A program made the translations under genes and the position numbers. The notes under the pieces were generated by a model. It made no database searches and was not told where the DNA came from. It saw only the letters and a program-made list of their open reading frames with translations. 64,000 nt of DNA from Chloroflexota bacterium (GTDB taxonomy: Bacteria; Chloroflexota; UBA11872; VXOZ01): assembly GCA_965221905.1 (NCBI GenBank), contig OZ244922.1:1216001-1280000 (forward strand). Reading direction: 5' to 3'. Of the stretch, positions 28,938 through 38,665 are shown piece after piece; the stretch's first letter is position 1; every line of letters starts with the position of its first letter.

Positions 28938-29224
28938 AAAGCCCGTGTAGGCTTTCAACAAGGTAGGATCGGACTTAGAGGGGCATTCTGCTCTTCCTGG
29001 CTGGACAGGGAAGTGGAGCGCTCCTCTTGTTTTGCTTTTAGATTGAGTGTTGGTAGTACGCGGGCGGTTGCGCGCCGGTTTGCACTGCACGCGCGAGGGG
29101 ATTTGCTGCTTTGTATACTCCTACGGGGATAACGAGATACTATGCGTGATCCCGCTTTCCCAACCCCTGCAGGGCTGACTTTCCACGTGCGCGCTTAGAG
29201 TGAGATGGTGTCTGCCAGGCAGTT

Positions 29225-29263
29225 CACCTTCACCCCGGCCCTTTCTCATCGAGGGAGAGGGGG
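29225..29263. repeat. REP-like element, CCCTCACCCCGGCCCTCTC..GGGAGAGGG family
   Basis: caccttcaccccggccctttctc..gagggagagggg; related copy near 46694-46733. Confidence 0.6.
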
Positions 29264-29421
29264 TACGAGCGTACGCTTGGGAAACTTGCAAAGCAAGCGT
29301 ATCCCTTCGAGGGAGGGAAAGAGAGCACTCACGCCGGCCTTGGCTTTCGCGAGTCAGTTGAGATGCTCGCTGTAAGGTACGGAGCGGTTTTAGGACCCAT
29401 GAAACGAGCCACTACTTGCCC

Positions 29422-29913
29422 ATGAAACGTGTGACTATCTACACAGACGGCTCTTGCATCGGGAATCCGGGCCCTGGCGGCTATGGGGCGGTTATTCTAT
29501 TCAACCAACACCGCAAGGAGATTGCCGCCGGGTATCGCAAAACGACGAATAACCGCATGGAGATTCTGGCGGCTATCCGTGCGCTGGGAAAACTCACTGA
29601 ACCTTGCGCAGTTGTCCTGCATAGCGACTCCAAGTATCTTGTGGACGCGATGAGCAAGGGTTGGGCGGAAAAGTGGCGAGCGGACGGATGGAAGCGCGGG
29701 AAGGATGGCAAGGCTGCTAATCCCGATCTGTGGGCACGCCTGCTCGAATTAGCCGCCACGCACCGCGTGACCTTCAAATGGGTGCCCGCGCACCGCGGCA
29801 TACCGGAAAACGAACGCTGCGATAAGCTCGCGAACACAGCGGCGCGAGGTGATGACTTGCTGATTGACGAGGGATATGAGAAGTCCGCTGCGTCCGCAGC
29901 GACAGATTCGTAG
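29422..29913 (+). CDS. rnhA: ribonuclease HI
   Basis: YTDGSC.GNPGPGG, TTNNRME, DSKY, N.DLW, NERCDKLA. Confidence 0.96.
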   Translation: MKRVTIYTDGSCIGNPGPGGYGAVILFNQHRKEIAAGYRKTTNNRMEILAAIRALGKLTEPCAVVLHSDSKYLVDAMSKGWAEKWRADGWKRGKDGKAANPDLWARLLELAATHRVTFKWVPAHRGIPENERCDKLANTAARGDDLLIDEGYEKSAASAATDS

Positions 29914-30021
29914 GAATGTCGCTCTATGGATTCGCCGATTGCGGAAGCGGCAGTGCGAGTGGGCCCTAATTCGCTGGCGTAGTGATTTTAGCGGTCGCTC
30001 GCGCTCGCTTTGAAACAGAGT

Positions 30022-31221
30022 TCAGGCGTCCAGGTGCTTAACGGCATCTCGGAGCGCCGTGTCGCTCCTGCTGGGCGCAAAGCGCTGGGGGGTAAGTCTG
30101 AGGGCGGAATTGCGCAACCAGCAGGCAAGCGGGTTCTGCCATTGGCCGACCCACCCCATGCGTCTGGATACTCTCACGATGTTGGCGGTGCGTGCGCGGC
30201 GGCGGTCTTCGTAGGCGCGCAGGGCCGCAACGTGGTCGGCATGGCGGCTAAGGCATTGGGCGAGCACGACCGCATCTTCGATTGCCATGCATGCGCCTTG
30301 ACCGAGATTCGGGGTGGTAGGGTGCGCCGCGTCACCGAGCAGAGTCACGCGGCCTTGGCCCCACCGGGCAAGTGGGGGACGGTCACAGATGTCAGTGCGA
30401 ATGAGCGTTTCAGCAGGGGTGGCAGCAAGCGCTTGGGGAACCGGCGCGGCCCAGTCTTGAAACAAGCCTTGAAGTCTGTCTTTGAGCGGCTGGCCGGTTT
30501 CCGCGCCACCTGCGGGTGCGTTCCATGTGGCATACCAGTAGACTTGGTCTCTATTGATGTGAAATAAGCCAAACCGCTGACCGCGCCCCCAGGCTTCAAA
30601 TCCCGTGCCCTCTGGGAGGGAGTCCGGTGCGAGCATAGTGACCCCGCGGCTTGACGTGTAGCCGGCATAGCGCGGCGGCTTGGCGCCCCACAATTGCGCG
30701 CGAACCGTGCTGAAGAGTCCGTCTGCTCCGATCAAGATTGTGCCGTGCGCCTCTTCACCGGTGACAAACTGCGCCGTAACTCCCGTGTCGTCCTGCGTAA
30801 ACCCAACACACTCGCTGCCTAGACGAATCGTGCCGGCGTTCAATGCCTCGGCAAGCGCCGCGTGCAGGTCCGCGCGATGCACGACTGTGGTCACTACGCG
30901 GAGTTGCCTTTCTAGCGGCTCTGGGGTCAACGCGTTCAATGTCGCGCCGTCGTGCGCACGGATTTCGATACGCTCTGCGGGTGAGCCTACCGCTCTCACC
31001 GCGTCGGCGAGACCGAGCTTTGTCAGCGCATACATGCCGTTCGCGCCGAGGTTGATCCCTGCGCCTACTTCCTGCAACTCAGGCGCGCGCTCGAAGACGG
31101 TGGCGGATATGCCCACCTGCTGCAAGGCTAGGCCGGCTGCCAGCCCGCCTATGCCGCCGCCGATGATGAGGACAGTTGTCTCGGCGGTCGTCGGTGTCCG
31201 GCGTAATGAAGCGCTGGCTAT
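30022..31221 (-). CDS. FAD-dependent monooxygenase; ATA start inferred
   Basis: IIGGGIGGL lies upstream of the track's start; GADG, LLGDAAHP..PNLGQG; AAGGAG 6 nt before ATA 31221. Confidence 0.88.
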   Translation of the reverse strand: MASASLRRTPTTAETTVLIIGGGIGGLAAGLALQQVGISATVFERAPELQEVGAGINLGANGMYALTKLGLADAVRAVGSPAERIEIRAHDGATLNALTPEPLERQLRVVTTVVHRADLHAALAEALNAGTIRLGSECVGFTQDDTGVTAQFVTGEEAHGTILIGADGLFSTVRAQLWGAKPPRYAGYTSSRGVTMLAPDSLPEGTGFEAWGRGQRFGLFHINRDQVYWYATWNAPAGGAETGQPLKDRLQGLFQDWAAPVPQALAATPAETLIRTDICDRPPLARWGQGRVTLLGDAAHPTTPNLGQGACMAIEDAVVLAQCLSRHADHVAALRAYEDRRRARTANIVRVSRRMGWVGQWQNPLACWLRNSALRLTPQRFAPSRSDTALRDAVKHLDA

Positions 31222-31284
31222 CGCAGTCTCCTTGCTTGTTGTTGGTATCCTGCCGTTCCGTTTAGGGGCAGAGCTTGCGGACGG

Positions 31285-32357
31285 CTATCCGGTGCGGGCC
31301 ACCACCAGCGCATCGACGCCGGATTCCGCGCCCCAGACTTCGCCGGGCCTGCCGAGGAGTTGCCGCACGGAGGCGCCGGAGCTCGGAAAAGGATAGGCGG
31401 CGAATGACTCATCCACCGGATCGAAGCGAACAAGGGCATTTGCGCCAAAGTCCGTGAGCCAGACCAAATCGTCTTCATCGACGTAGACCGCGTAGGCGCG
31501 CGCTGCGCCGGGGAGCGGCCACTCCCGCCAGCTTTGGTCTGTCGGGTCGTAGAGACTGACTTGACCGGTATTCCATTCCGCCACCCAAATGCGGTTTTGC
31601 GAATCCGACCACACGCGCCGCGCGCCCTGGCGGGCCGTGGGCGGTTCCAGTTCCGTGACCGCGCCGGTAGCCGTGTTGATAAGTCCCACGTAGCTCCCCG
31701 CTAGCGACGCGTAATAGACATTGCCGTCAGGTGTGGTGCAGATGCCGTAGGGGCCGCGGGGGCCTCGAACACTTCCACCTCCGCGCTCTGGGGGTCTACA
31801 CGGCCATAGATACCGCTCTGTCCTGTAAACCAGCAGATGCCTTGGAGGTCGAAGGTTGCCGTATTGAGGTTGGTATAGCCGGTATTTTCCGGCAGCGGGA
31901 AGAGCGTAACCGCTTCTGTGGACGGATCGACGCGCACGATAGCGTTGAGGCCGCCGTCGGTGATCCAGGGCGCGCCGTCCGGCCCGACAATCACGCCATG
32001 GGGCCGCGCGCCGCCGCCGAGATGAATATGGCGCGTCTCGCCCGTGTTCGGATCCAGAATACCCAACGCTTCTTGGTGCTGGGCGGTGTACCAGACGATA
32101 CCGTTCGCCTCGGGCGCCGGCGCAACGTCGTGTGGATGCGAACCATTGGGGACGGAGAATTCCTGCAACGTCACGTCTTCCGCCGCAGGCACTTGCGGTG
32201 GTTCCGACGTTGGCAACGGGCTTGCCGCGGCCGCTGGCGTCGGTGGAGGGGTCCCGGGATCCGTTTCTATGTATACTTCGGATTCCCCGCCGCACGCTGC
32301 CGCCAAGCATGCGCCAGCCACTGTCAGGCCCTGGCCGAGCAGCTTTCTTCTTGTCAT
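31285..32357 (-). pseudogene. Vgb (virginiamycin B lyase)-like beta-propeller lipoprotein, frameshifted near 31760
   Basis: TRRKLL..LAAAC leader, HPHDVAP, RPHGV..GPDGAPW in one frame; GPYGI.TTPDG, GARRVWSDS, VRQLLGRPGE in another. Confidence 0.8.
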
Positions 32358-32502
32358 AATTATTGGTTCGCTCCTTTGGAAGCGTGACGGCATCAACGTG
32401 CCGGGTATAGGTATGTCAAACAATCCTGATTCCACCATACCGCAGAAGTGAAGGGCTTGTGAATCAGCCACAGCGCTGCTCCCGCACGCGGAAAACCGCC
32501 GC

Positions 32503-33483
32503 CTACTCTCTCGTCTCGCTGGTGGAGACGTCCAGCCAATCGCCAATTGGGTCGATATCGTTTTGCGCGCGGTGGAGGCGCTGCATGGCGTTGTCGATGA
32601 AGCGCCGGTCATTGACCTGGATGCCGTAGAGCAACTCGATGAAGAGGATCCGTTTCGCGAGATGCTCGATGCGGCGGCGCATGGCGGAGGAGACATCGTG
32701 CGTGTATGCGGCGAGCGTATCCTCCAGGAACTCTCTGCCGAAACCCGCGAGCAGGGCGCAGAAGTCTCCTGCCGCATCGCCTTCCTGCCCGGCTTCCTCG
32801 AAATCGATGATACCGCTGACCATGCCCCGAGATTCATCATAGAGGATGTTAGAGCCATCAAAGTCACCGTGGGTGAAGACGGGTGTGAATTCCCACAGGG
32901 CGGGATCGCTAGTCGTCTCCTGGAAGAGGCGGCTCGTCCACTCTTGCTCCGCCGGACTCAGGAGCGGAAACGCCCTTGCCTCTACCTGGCGAAACAGGTT
33001 GCGGGCGTTGGAACCTCCCACGATCGGCGGCGATGGGGGCTGCAACTCTGTCGGCAGTGCGGAGAGCGGTATGGCATGGAGCGCCGAGAGGAAGTGACCA
33101 ATCTGCCCGGCTGCGCGCCTCCGCTCTTGCGGCGTAAGCGAACACGCAGACAAGCTGCGGCCGGGAAGCATGTCGTAACCCGCCACCGGATAGGGAAACT
33201 CGGCGCAGCCCGCACTAAAGTAGCGGTAGCGCGGGACCGGCAGTGGAAGCTGTGACGCTATGCTGTCGTATACGCTCTTTTCATGCCAAAGAAAGGCGCC
33301 CTCATCTTCAACTCGCCCGTCGCTTACAACTGAGCCGCCACCGTGAGGAAAGCGGAAGATAAGCGTTTGGTTGACGGCGAACACCCGGCAGGTACCGCCA
33401 CCCAAGAATTGGATGTGCGAAACCTGGATATCAGGGAAGCACGTTTCAATGATGCGGTGGTAGAAGGCGTTGTCTATAGTCAT
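32503..33483 (-). CDS. aminoglycoside phosphotransferase-fold kinase
   Basis: IFRFP, FLSALH, HGDF.GSNIL, GIIDFEEA; start uncertain. Confidence 0.85.
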   Translation of the reverse strand: MTIDNAFYHRIIETCFPDIQVSHIQFLGGGTCRVFAVNQTLIFRFPHGGGSVVSDGRVEDEGAFLWHEKSVYDSIASQLPLPVPRYRYFSAGCAEFPYPVAGYDMLPGRSLSACSLTPQERRRAAGQIGHFLSALHAIPLSALPTELQPPSPPIVGGSNARNLFRQVEARAFPLLSPAEQEWTSRLFQETTSDPALWEFTPVFTHGDFDGSNILYDESRGMVSGIIDFEEAGQEGDAAGDFCALLAGFGREFLEDTLAAYTHDVSSAMRRRIEHLAKRILFIELLYGIQVNDRRFIDNAMQRLHRAQNDIDPIGDWLDVSTSETRE

Positions 33484-33785
33484 TGCGGTCTCAATGGCGC
33501 TGGTGGGCAATCTGGCTGCCATACCCGTGATACCATGGGCATAGCTGCGACCCACTGTCCTGTCAGGCGGGCATCAGCGGCCTATTCCCAAGGTTCTTCT
33601 CTTTCGCAGCCAAGCATTTAGCTCGCAGAATCTTGCGATCGTCAGGTACGACAAGCGGCACCCAACCGGTCTTTACCGCTGGCGAAGCCGGCGTCGCTCC
33701 TGCTAGGGTGCAGCCTTAAAGGAGCGCTGCGTTACGCGAACTAAGTATAGTACTTTGGCTGACCGGCAAGTAAGGAGAAGGAACC

Positions 33786-34454
33786 ATGGAACCGCGAGCG
33801 AGATTTACTTCTGAGCTGCGCGCCATTCAAGACGACGTGGTTTCTCTCGGACGCATGGTGGGTGTCGCCATCGACCAATCGGTAGAGGCGCTCAAAGGGC
33901 GCGACACTGACTGGGCAAGAATGGTTATTCACAACGACATTGCCATCAATGCGCGGCGCTTTGCCATTGAAGAGCGGTGCATGAAGTTGCTGGCTACGCA
34001 AGCCCCTCTGGCTGTGGACTTGCGTTTCATTGCCTCGGCCTTAAACATCATTACGGACTTGGAGCGGATGGGAGATCATGCGGAGGGCATCTGCAAGATC
34101 AACATCATGCTGGGCGAGGAGCCGCTCGTGAAGCCCCTCGTCGACATACCGCGCATGGCTGCCAAGGCGAACGACATGCTCAGCCGCTCGCTTGAAGCCT
34201 TGGTAGCGCGCGACGTTGAGAAAGCAAAAGCGGTTTCGCATGAAGACGATGAGGTAGACGCCTTGCACGATCAGGTCGTGCGCGAGCTCATTAGCTTTAT
34301 GATCGAAGACCCGCGCACGATTCAGCGGGCGCTCTACCTCACCTGGGTTTCCCATAACCTGGAGCGCATTGCCGACCGTGTAACGAACATTTGCGAACGC
34401 GTGGTCTATATCGTCACCGGCGAGATGGAAGAGATCAACGCTTCGAAGTATTGA
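33786..34454 (+). CDS. phoU: phosphate signalling protein PhoU
   Basis: P.A.DLR, DLERMGDHA, DDEVD, LERIADRVTNICE. Confidence 0.96.
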   Translation: MEPRARFTSELRAIQDDVVSLGRMVGVAIDQSVEALKGRDTDWARMVIHNDIAINARRFAIEERCMKLLATQAPLAVDLRFIASALNIITDLERMGDHAEGICKINIMLGEEPLVKPLVDIPRMAAKANDMLSRSLEALVARDVEKAKAVSHEDDEVDALHDQVVRELISFMIEDPRTIQRALYLTWVSHNLERIADRVTNICERVVYIVTGEMEEINASKY

Positions 34455-34499
34455 GACCCGATTTCCACTAGGGGATGGCACACAGCACTTGCTAACGTC

Positions 34500-35684
34500 C
34501 TAATTCTCCGAATCAAGGAGTTGCACGCGGGTGATGCCGCGCCTATCGACGAGCAGTCGGTTGTTCTCGTGAATAACACCGATCCAGAGTTGGACCGGTT
34601 CCTGTGGAAAGTCCTCATTCACTGATATTTTGCCTGTCACCGCGACGCTCTCACCGGGTGCGAGATCGCGCCCCAAGCTCCAGCGAAACGGATAGGCCAC
34701 CCCGCTGCGATTAAGAGAGAATTCCACGCCCCAGCGCACCGTACCGGTATCTGCCGTGAAGCGCAGTGAAGGGGCGTCCTCACCCCAGGCATAGGTGGTT
34801 GGTCCCGGTGGCGCCGCTCGCAGTGTGACCGTGCCGTTGTTGATGATCGTTGCAGTGACGGTAACGGTCGAACCGGCCTGCACTGCGGTAGGTGATATCT
34901 GAACGTCAGCTACTTGCACCTGCGGCGTGCCGGCCTCGCCGAGTGTAATGCCACGGCGTTGCACGGTGCGATTGCCTGCCCGGTCTTGGATTGTGACTTC
35001 CACCTCCGCCGGACCTGCAGGCAAGTTTTCCACTGCTTGATTGAGTTGCGGCGCATGGCGCAACGGCGGCGGCCAGGATGCATGCAAGGTGCCGGGGTCC
35101 GCAGCGGTGTTTCGCATCAGCCACCGGGTTTCGTCACCTGCAAAGAGGCGCACGTCCACGACAACGGGCTCGGCAATGGTGAAGCTGAATTCCAAGCGAT
35201 CGTCGACGCCGTCTTGATTGGGCGTGAAGAGCTCAGGAGTAACTTGGAGACCATCGAGAGCGGGGGCCACGGTGTCGGCGTTGGTGATTGTGAGCGGTTT
35301 TCGCAGCTCGACGTCATCGCTTGCCGTCGACTCCCGGGCAGTGGCGACTATCTCATACTGACCGTCCGGCAGCACGCGGCCGTCCACAGCGCCTCTAAAG
35401 ACGAAGGAAAACGTACCGGGACCGCGCGGCACGCGGTCCCGCAAGACGAATGTAGTTTCATCGGCGGAGCGCAAAGCTAGGGTAACGACTGCTTCGCGGG
35501 CAACCTTATACTGAATGGTAACGGACCCGTTGCCGTCCGCCTGCAGCGAAGCCGGACTGACGCTGAGCTCAAGGAGGGCGCGAGAGTTGTCAGCCGAGGC
35601 ACAACCAGGCAGAAACAGGAATAACCAGAGGAAATACGGCAGGTAACACCATGCCGGCGCCTTTCGTGCGTAATAAGTACGCAT
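34500..35684 (-). CDS. secreted/lipoprotein with FlgD-like Ig domains
   Basis: hydrophobic leader with LPGC; LPDGQY, FTPNQDGVDD, DRAGN motifs. Confidence 0.65.
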   Translation of the reverse strand: MRTYYARKAPAWCYLPYFLWLFLFLPGCASADNSRALLELSVSPASLQADGNGSVTIQYKVAREAVVTLALRSADETTFVLRDRVPRGPGTFSFVFRGAVDGRVLPDGQYEIVATARESTASDDVELRKPLTITNADTVAPALDGLQVTPELFTPNQDGVDDRLEFSFTIAEPVVVDVRLFAGDETRWLMRNTAADPGTLHASWPPPLRHAPQLNQAVENLPAGPAEVEVTIQDRAGNRTVQRRGITLGEAGTPQVQVADVQISPTAVQAGSTVTVTATIINNGTVTLRAAPPGPTTYAWGEDAPSLRFTADTGTVRWGVEFSLNRSGVAYPFRWSLGRDLAPGESVAVTGKISVNEDFPQEPVQLWIGVIHENNRLLVDRRGITRVQLLDSEN

Positions 35685-35717
35685 CTTCGGAGGCGCCGGG
35701 CGCAGCGTTCGCCGTGC

Positions 35718-37100
35718 CTAGACTGCGTCTGTGCTTAAACGTGACAGGAAGTCCGCATTCGATTTCGTGCGCTCCAGCCGATTGAGCATGGCCTCGTAGC
35801 CTTCGGTATTGCCGATGGCCGAAAGCATACGGCGCAAGGTGACTACTTTCTGGAGCGTCTCCGTCTCCAACAGCAGTTCTTCGCGTCTCGTGCCGGAACG
35901 TCCCACGTCAATCGCCGGGAAGACTCTACGTTCGGAAAACTTGCGGTCGAGCCGCAATTCCATGTTGCCGGTGCCCTTGAACTCTTCATAGATGACGTCA
36001 TCCATGCGGCTTTCCGTCTCGACCAGACACGTAGCAAGCATCGTCAGGCTGCTGCCATTGTCGATGTTGCGGCCTGCGCCGAAGAAACGTTTCGGGGGAT
36101 AGATGGCAGCGGGGTCTAAACCGCCGGAGAGGGTCCTGCCGCTCGGCGGAATGGCTTGGTTGTAGGCCCGCGTCAGGCGCGTGATCGAATCAAGCAGCAA
36201 CATCACGTCCTGCCCGCCTTCCACCATCCGTTTTGCACGTTCCAGGGCCAGTTCGGCGATACGGGTTTGGTTCTCCGGCACCTCATCGAATGTGGAAGCG
36301 ACGACTTCCGCGCCAACGGTGCGCTCCCAGTCCGTTACTTCCTCAGGGCGCTCACCGATAAGCACCACCATGACGTGCACCTCGGGGTAATTTGCCATGA
36401 CGGCGTTGGCAATGCTCTGCATGAGCATTGTCTTACCGGTCTTGGGCGGTGCGACGACTAATCCGCGCTGACCGCGGCCAATTGGCGAGACGAGATTGAT
36501 GAGACGGCCGATAATACTGGGGGGAGCCGTCTCGAGATCGAGACGCTCTTCGGGGAAAATCGCCGTAAAGTTTTCAAAATGCGGGCGGCGCTTGGCTTCT
36601 TCCGGATCAAGGTTATTGACAGTCTCCACACGCAAGAGGCCGTAGTATTTCTCGCCCTCCTTCGGTGGACGCACTTGTCCCGCGATCATGTCTCCGGTGC
36701 GCAAACTCAAGCGGCGAATCTGCGTGGGGGCAACATAGACATCCTCCGCCCAGCCGGTATTCCAATACCGATGTAGGCGCAAGAATCCATAGCCGTCGTC
36801 GATGGTCTCGAGGAGGCCCGTGCGGTAGAGATTGCCCTGTTCTTCGGATTGTGCCTGCAGGAGCCGATTGACGAGTTCATGTTTCTTGAGAACTGAGTAA
36901 CCGCTGATTTCCAGTTCTTTTGCACGCTCTCGCAACTCGGTCAGAGGTTTGGCTTCTAAATCTGCATATTGCACGCCGGGATCACTCCTTTGCTGGGTTG
37001 GATTGGATGAATGGTCCGTCCCATTACGTTGCATCCAATGGCGATTAGAACGTTTGCGTCGGCGATTGCCACGGTTGCGAGAGGGTATTACTGTTGACAG
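35718..37100 (-). CDS. rho: transcription termination factor Rho (CTG start inferred; ATG alternative at 37034)
   Basis: GYGFLR, PIGRGQRGL, PPKTGKT, ERPEEVTD, EEFKGTGNMEL, SGTRREELL. Confidence 0.97.
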   Translation of the reverse strand: MSTVIPSRNRGNRRRKRSNRHWMQRNGTDHSSNPTQQRSDPGVQYADLEAKPLTELRERAKELEISGYSVLKKHELVNRLLQAQSEEQGNLYRTGLLETIDDGYGFLRLHRYWNTGWAEDVYVAPTQIRRLSLRTGDMIAGQVRPPKEGEKYYGLLRVETVNNLDPEEAKRRPHFENFTAIFPEERLDLETAPPSIIGRLINLVSPIGRGQRGLVVAPPKTGKTMLMQSIANAVMANYPEVHVMVVLIGERPEEVTDWERTVGAEVVASTFDEVPENQTRIAELALERAKRMVEGGQDVMLLLDSITRLTRAYNQAIPPSGRTLSGGLDPAAIYPPKRFFGAGRNIDNGSSLTMLATCLVETESRMDDVIYEEFKGTGNMELRLDRKFSERRVFPAIDVGRSGTRREELLLETETLQKVVTLRRMLSAIGNTEGYEAMLNRLERTKSNADFLSRLSTDAV

Positions 37101-37431
37101 CTTCGTCCTCCTTCAAGAGCAATACAATGAACCAATGCTATAAAGAGCATGGTAGGCGAGGTTCATTAAAAAGGGGCTATGATCTTCGCCTCTGGTGAGT
37201 TACCCTGTCGCGCCTTGTTTATGTGCTTTGCGCCCAATAGTGCGTATCGAAACGTGGGAGGTATAGAGCTTTTGGGGGGCTAGAAGAGTCTAGGCGCTAA
37301 TAAACAGTGATGGGTAACTTGGTGGGCTTGTAGAAAGATCAGAGCGTTGAAGCAGATACTTCTATCGTTATTCTAAGAGAAGGATGTGCGGGAGTTTGGA
37401 AGGATTATATAGAGGTCACGCTTCTTAGTCA

Positions 37432-37460
37432 AGACTACCAAACGGCAAAAACCTTGTCAA
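37432..37460 (-). promoter_or_regulatory. sigma70-type promoter of rho
   Basis: TTGACA-N17-TAGTCT on minus strand. Confidence 0.7.
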
Positions 37461-37576
37461 CCATTTATCTTGCGGAATTACTAGACTTATACTTGATAGC
37501 TTCGCGCCGCAGCCCCATGCTTGAAACGGGGGACGAATCTAGTAATCCTCGCCCTGTAGATTGTTCGTCGCGGAGG

Positions 37577-37613
37577 TCATCCTGAGCCTGCAGAAGGGCT
37601 CCTCAGAATGACA
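37577..37613. repeat. internally deleted REP
   Basis: GTCATCCTGAG...CTCAGAATGAC inverted ends resembling the 27756 element. Confidence 0.5.
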
Positions 37614-37882
37614 GATCGAGGAACCGCTTCGGGCGTGAGTTCGTGCGATGTTTCGCCTATCCGCTCGGTGTACGTCCAAACCAACTAATTCCGTATTTCT
37701 ATAGAGTACGGTGAACAGAACGCTGCGGTATGTGGCGAACTGATGAACCGGCAGGATTGTTATACCTGCTTAGACCGCAGCGAGGAGCAAGCCGCTGCAA
37801 AATGCAAACATGACACGGCAGCGATCTACATGAGGTATGCGGCCCCTGGTCGCGCTCGTAGCGTTTACAATGTCAGCCGAAG

Positions 37883-38161
37883 CTAGCTTGCGCTGCGATT
37901 CGTGAAACAGTCACTGCAATAGATAGGGCGATCATCGCGCGGTACGAATGGTACGCGAGCGACGCCACCGCACTCTGAGCAGACTCCTTCGTGCATCTCC
38001 CGTTCACCGTGGCGCTCCCGCCGCCGGGTATTACGGCAGTCCGGACAGCGGCGCGGCTCGTTCATTAGACCCTTTGTCTGATAGAACTCCTGCTCACCAG
38101 CAGTGAATACGAACGACTGGCTGCACTCCACACAGACTATTGTGCGATCCTCGGCTGACAC
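37883..38161 (-). CDS. zinc-ribbon / CxxC-x17-CxxC protein
   Basis: CVEC..F.FT.GEQEFY..KGL.NEP.RC..CR and CSECG....VPF.P..DRPIYC..C; AAGGAG before GTG. Confidence 0.92.
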   Translation of the reverse strand: MSAEDRTIVCVECSQSFVFTAGEQEFYQTKGLMNEPRRCPDCRNTRRRERHGEREMHEGVCSECGGVARVPFVPRDDRPIYCSDCFTNRSAS

Positions 38162-38665
38162 TATGAAATTCTCCTTGCGCTGGTTCTCACCGCTCTTCAC
38201 CTCACATCAAACAGAACCGTGTGGTACTGAAATCCTGGCACCGAAGTACCACTCTCGCATTTGGCTCACTCATGCATAGAGTACGCATAGTGTGCATTGA
38301 TTGACCAAGTATACGAGACCATTTGCATCTATGCAAGCCCTCTAGATCGGTTTGCACCTAGTTGCAAGATTACAGGTGCAAGGTGCTTTGCCGGGAATCT
38401 CATGGAGCCGTAGAGCAATGGGGTATGGCGACCGCCAAGTGGTTCTGCCGCATGTGCTATAGTAAATGCGCCAGTTCTTATTGTGGCGATAGCGACGAGC
38501 TCTATGCTGAGAGATGTAGACGATCTTTTCTGTAGGTTTCCTTCCAGTGCGCTTGGCACGTCCGACGGGTAGTACACGTGGCCAGGCTGAGCTATCCCCT
38601 GCTATCGCTACTGAGGCCCGCAAGGGCAGTCGCCTAGCCGCGACACTTGCCGGTTAGCTCCATCC

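Noticed and set aside
33786-34454. phoU without pst genes, and proA without proB
   Set aside because: Dispersed arrangements are common; partners may lie outside the window
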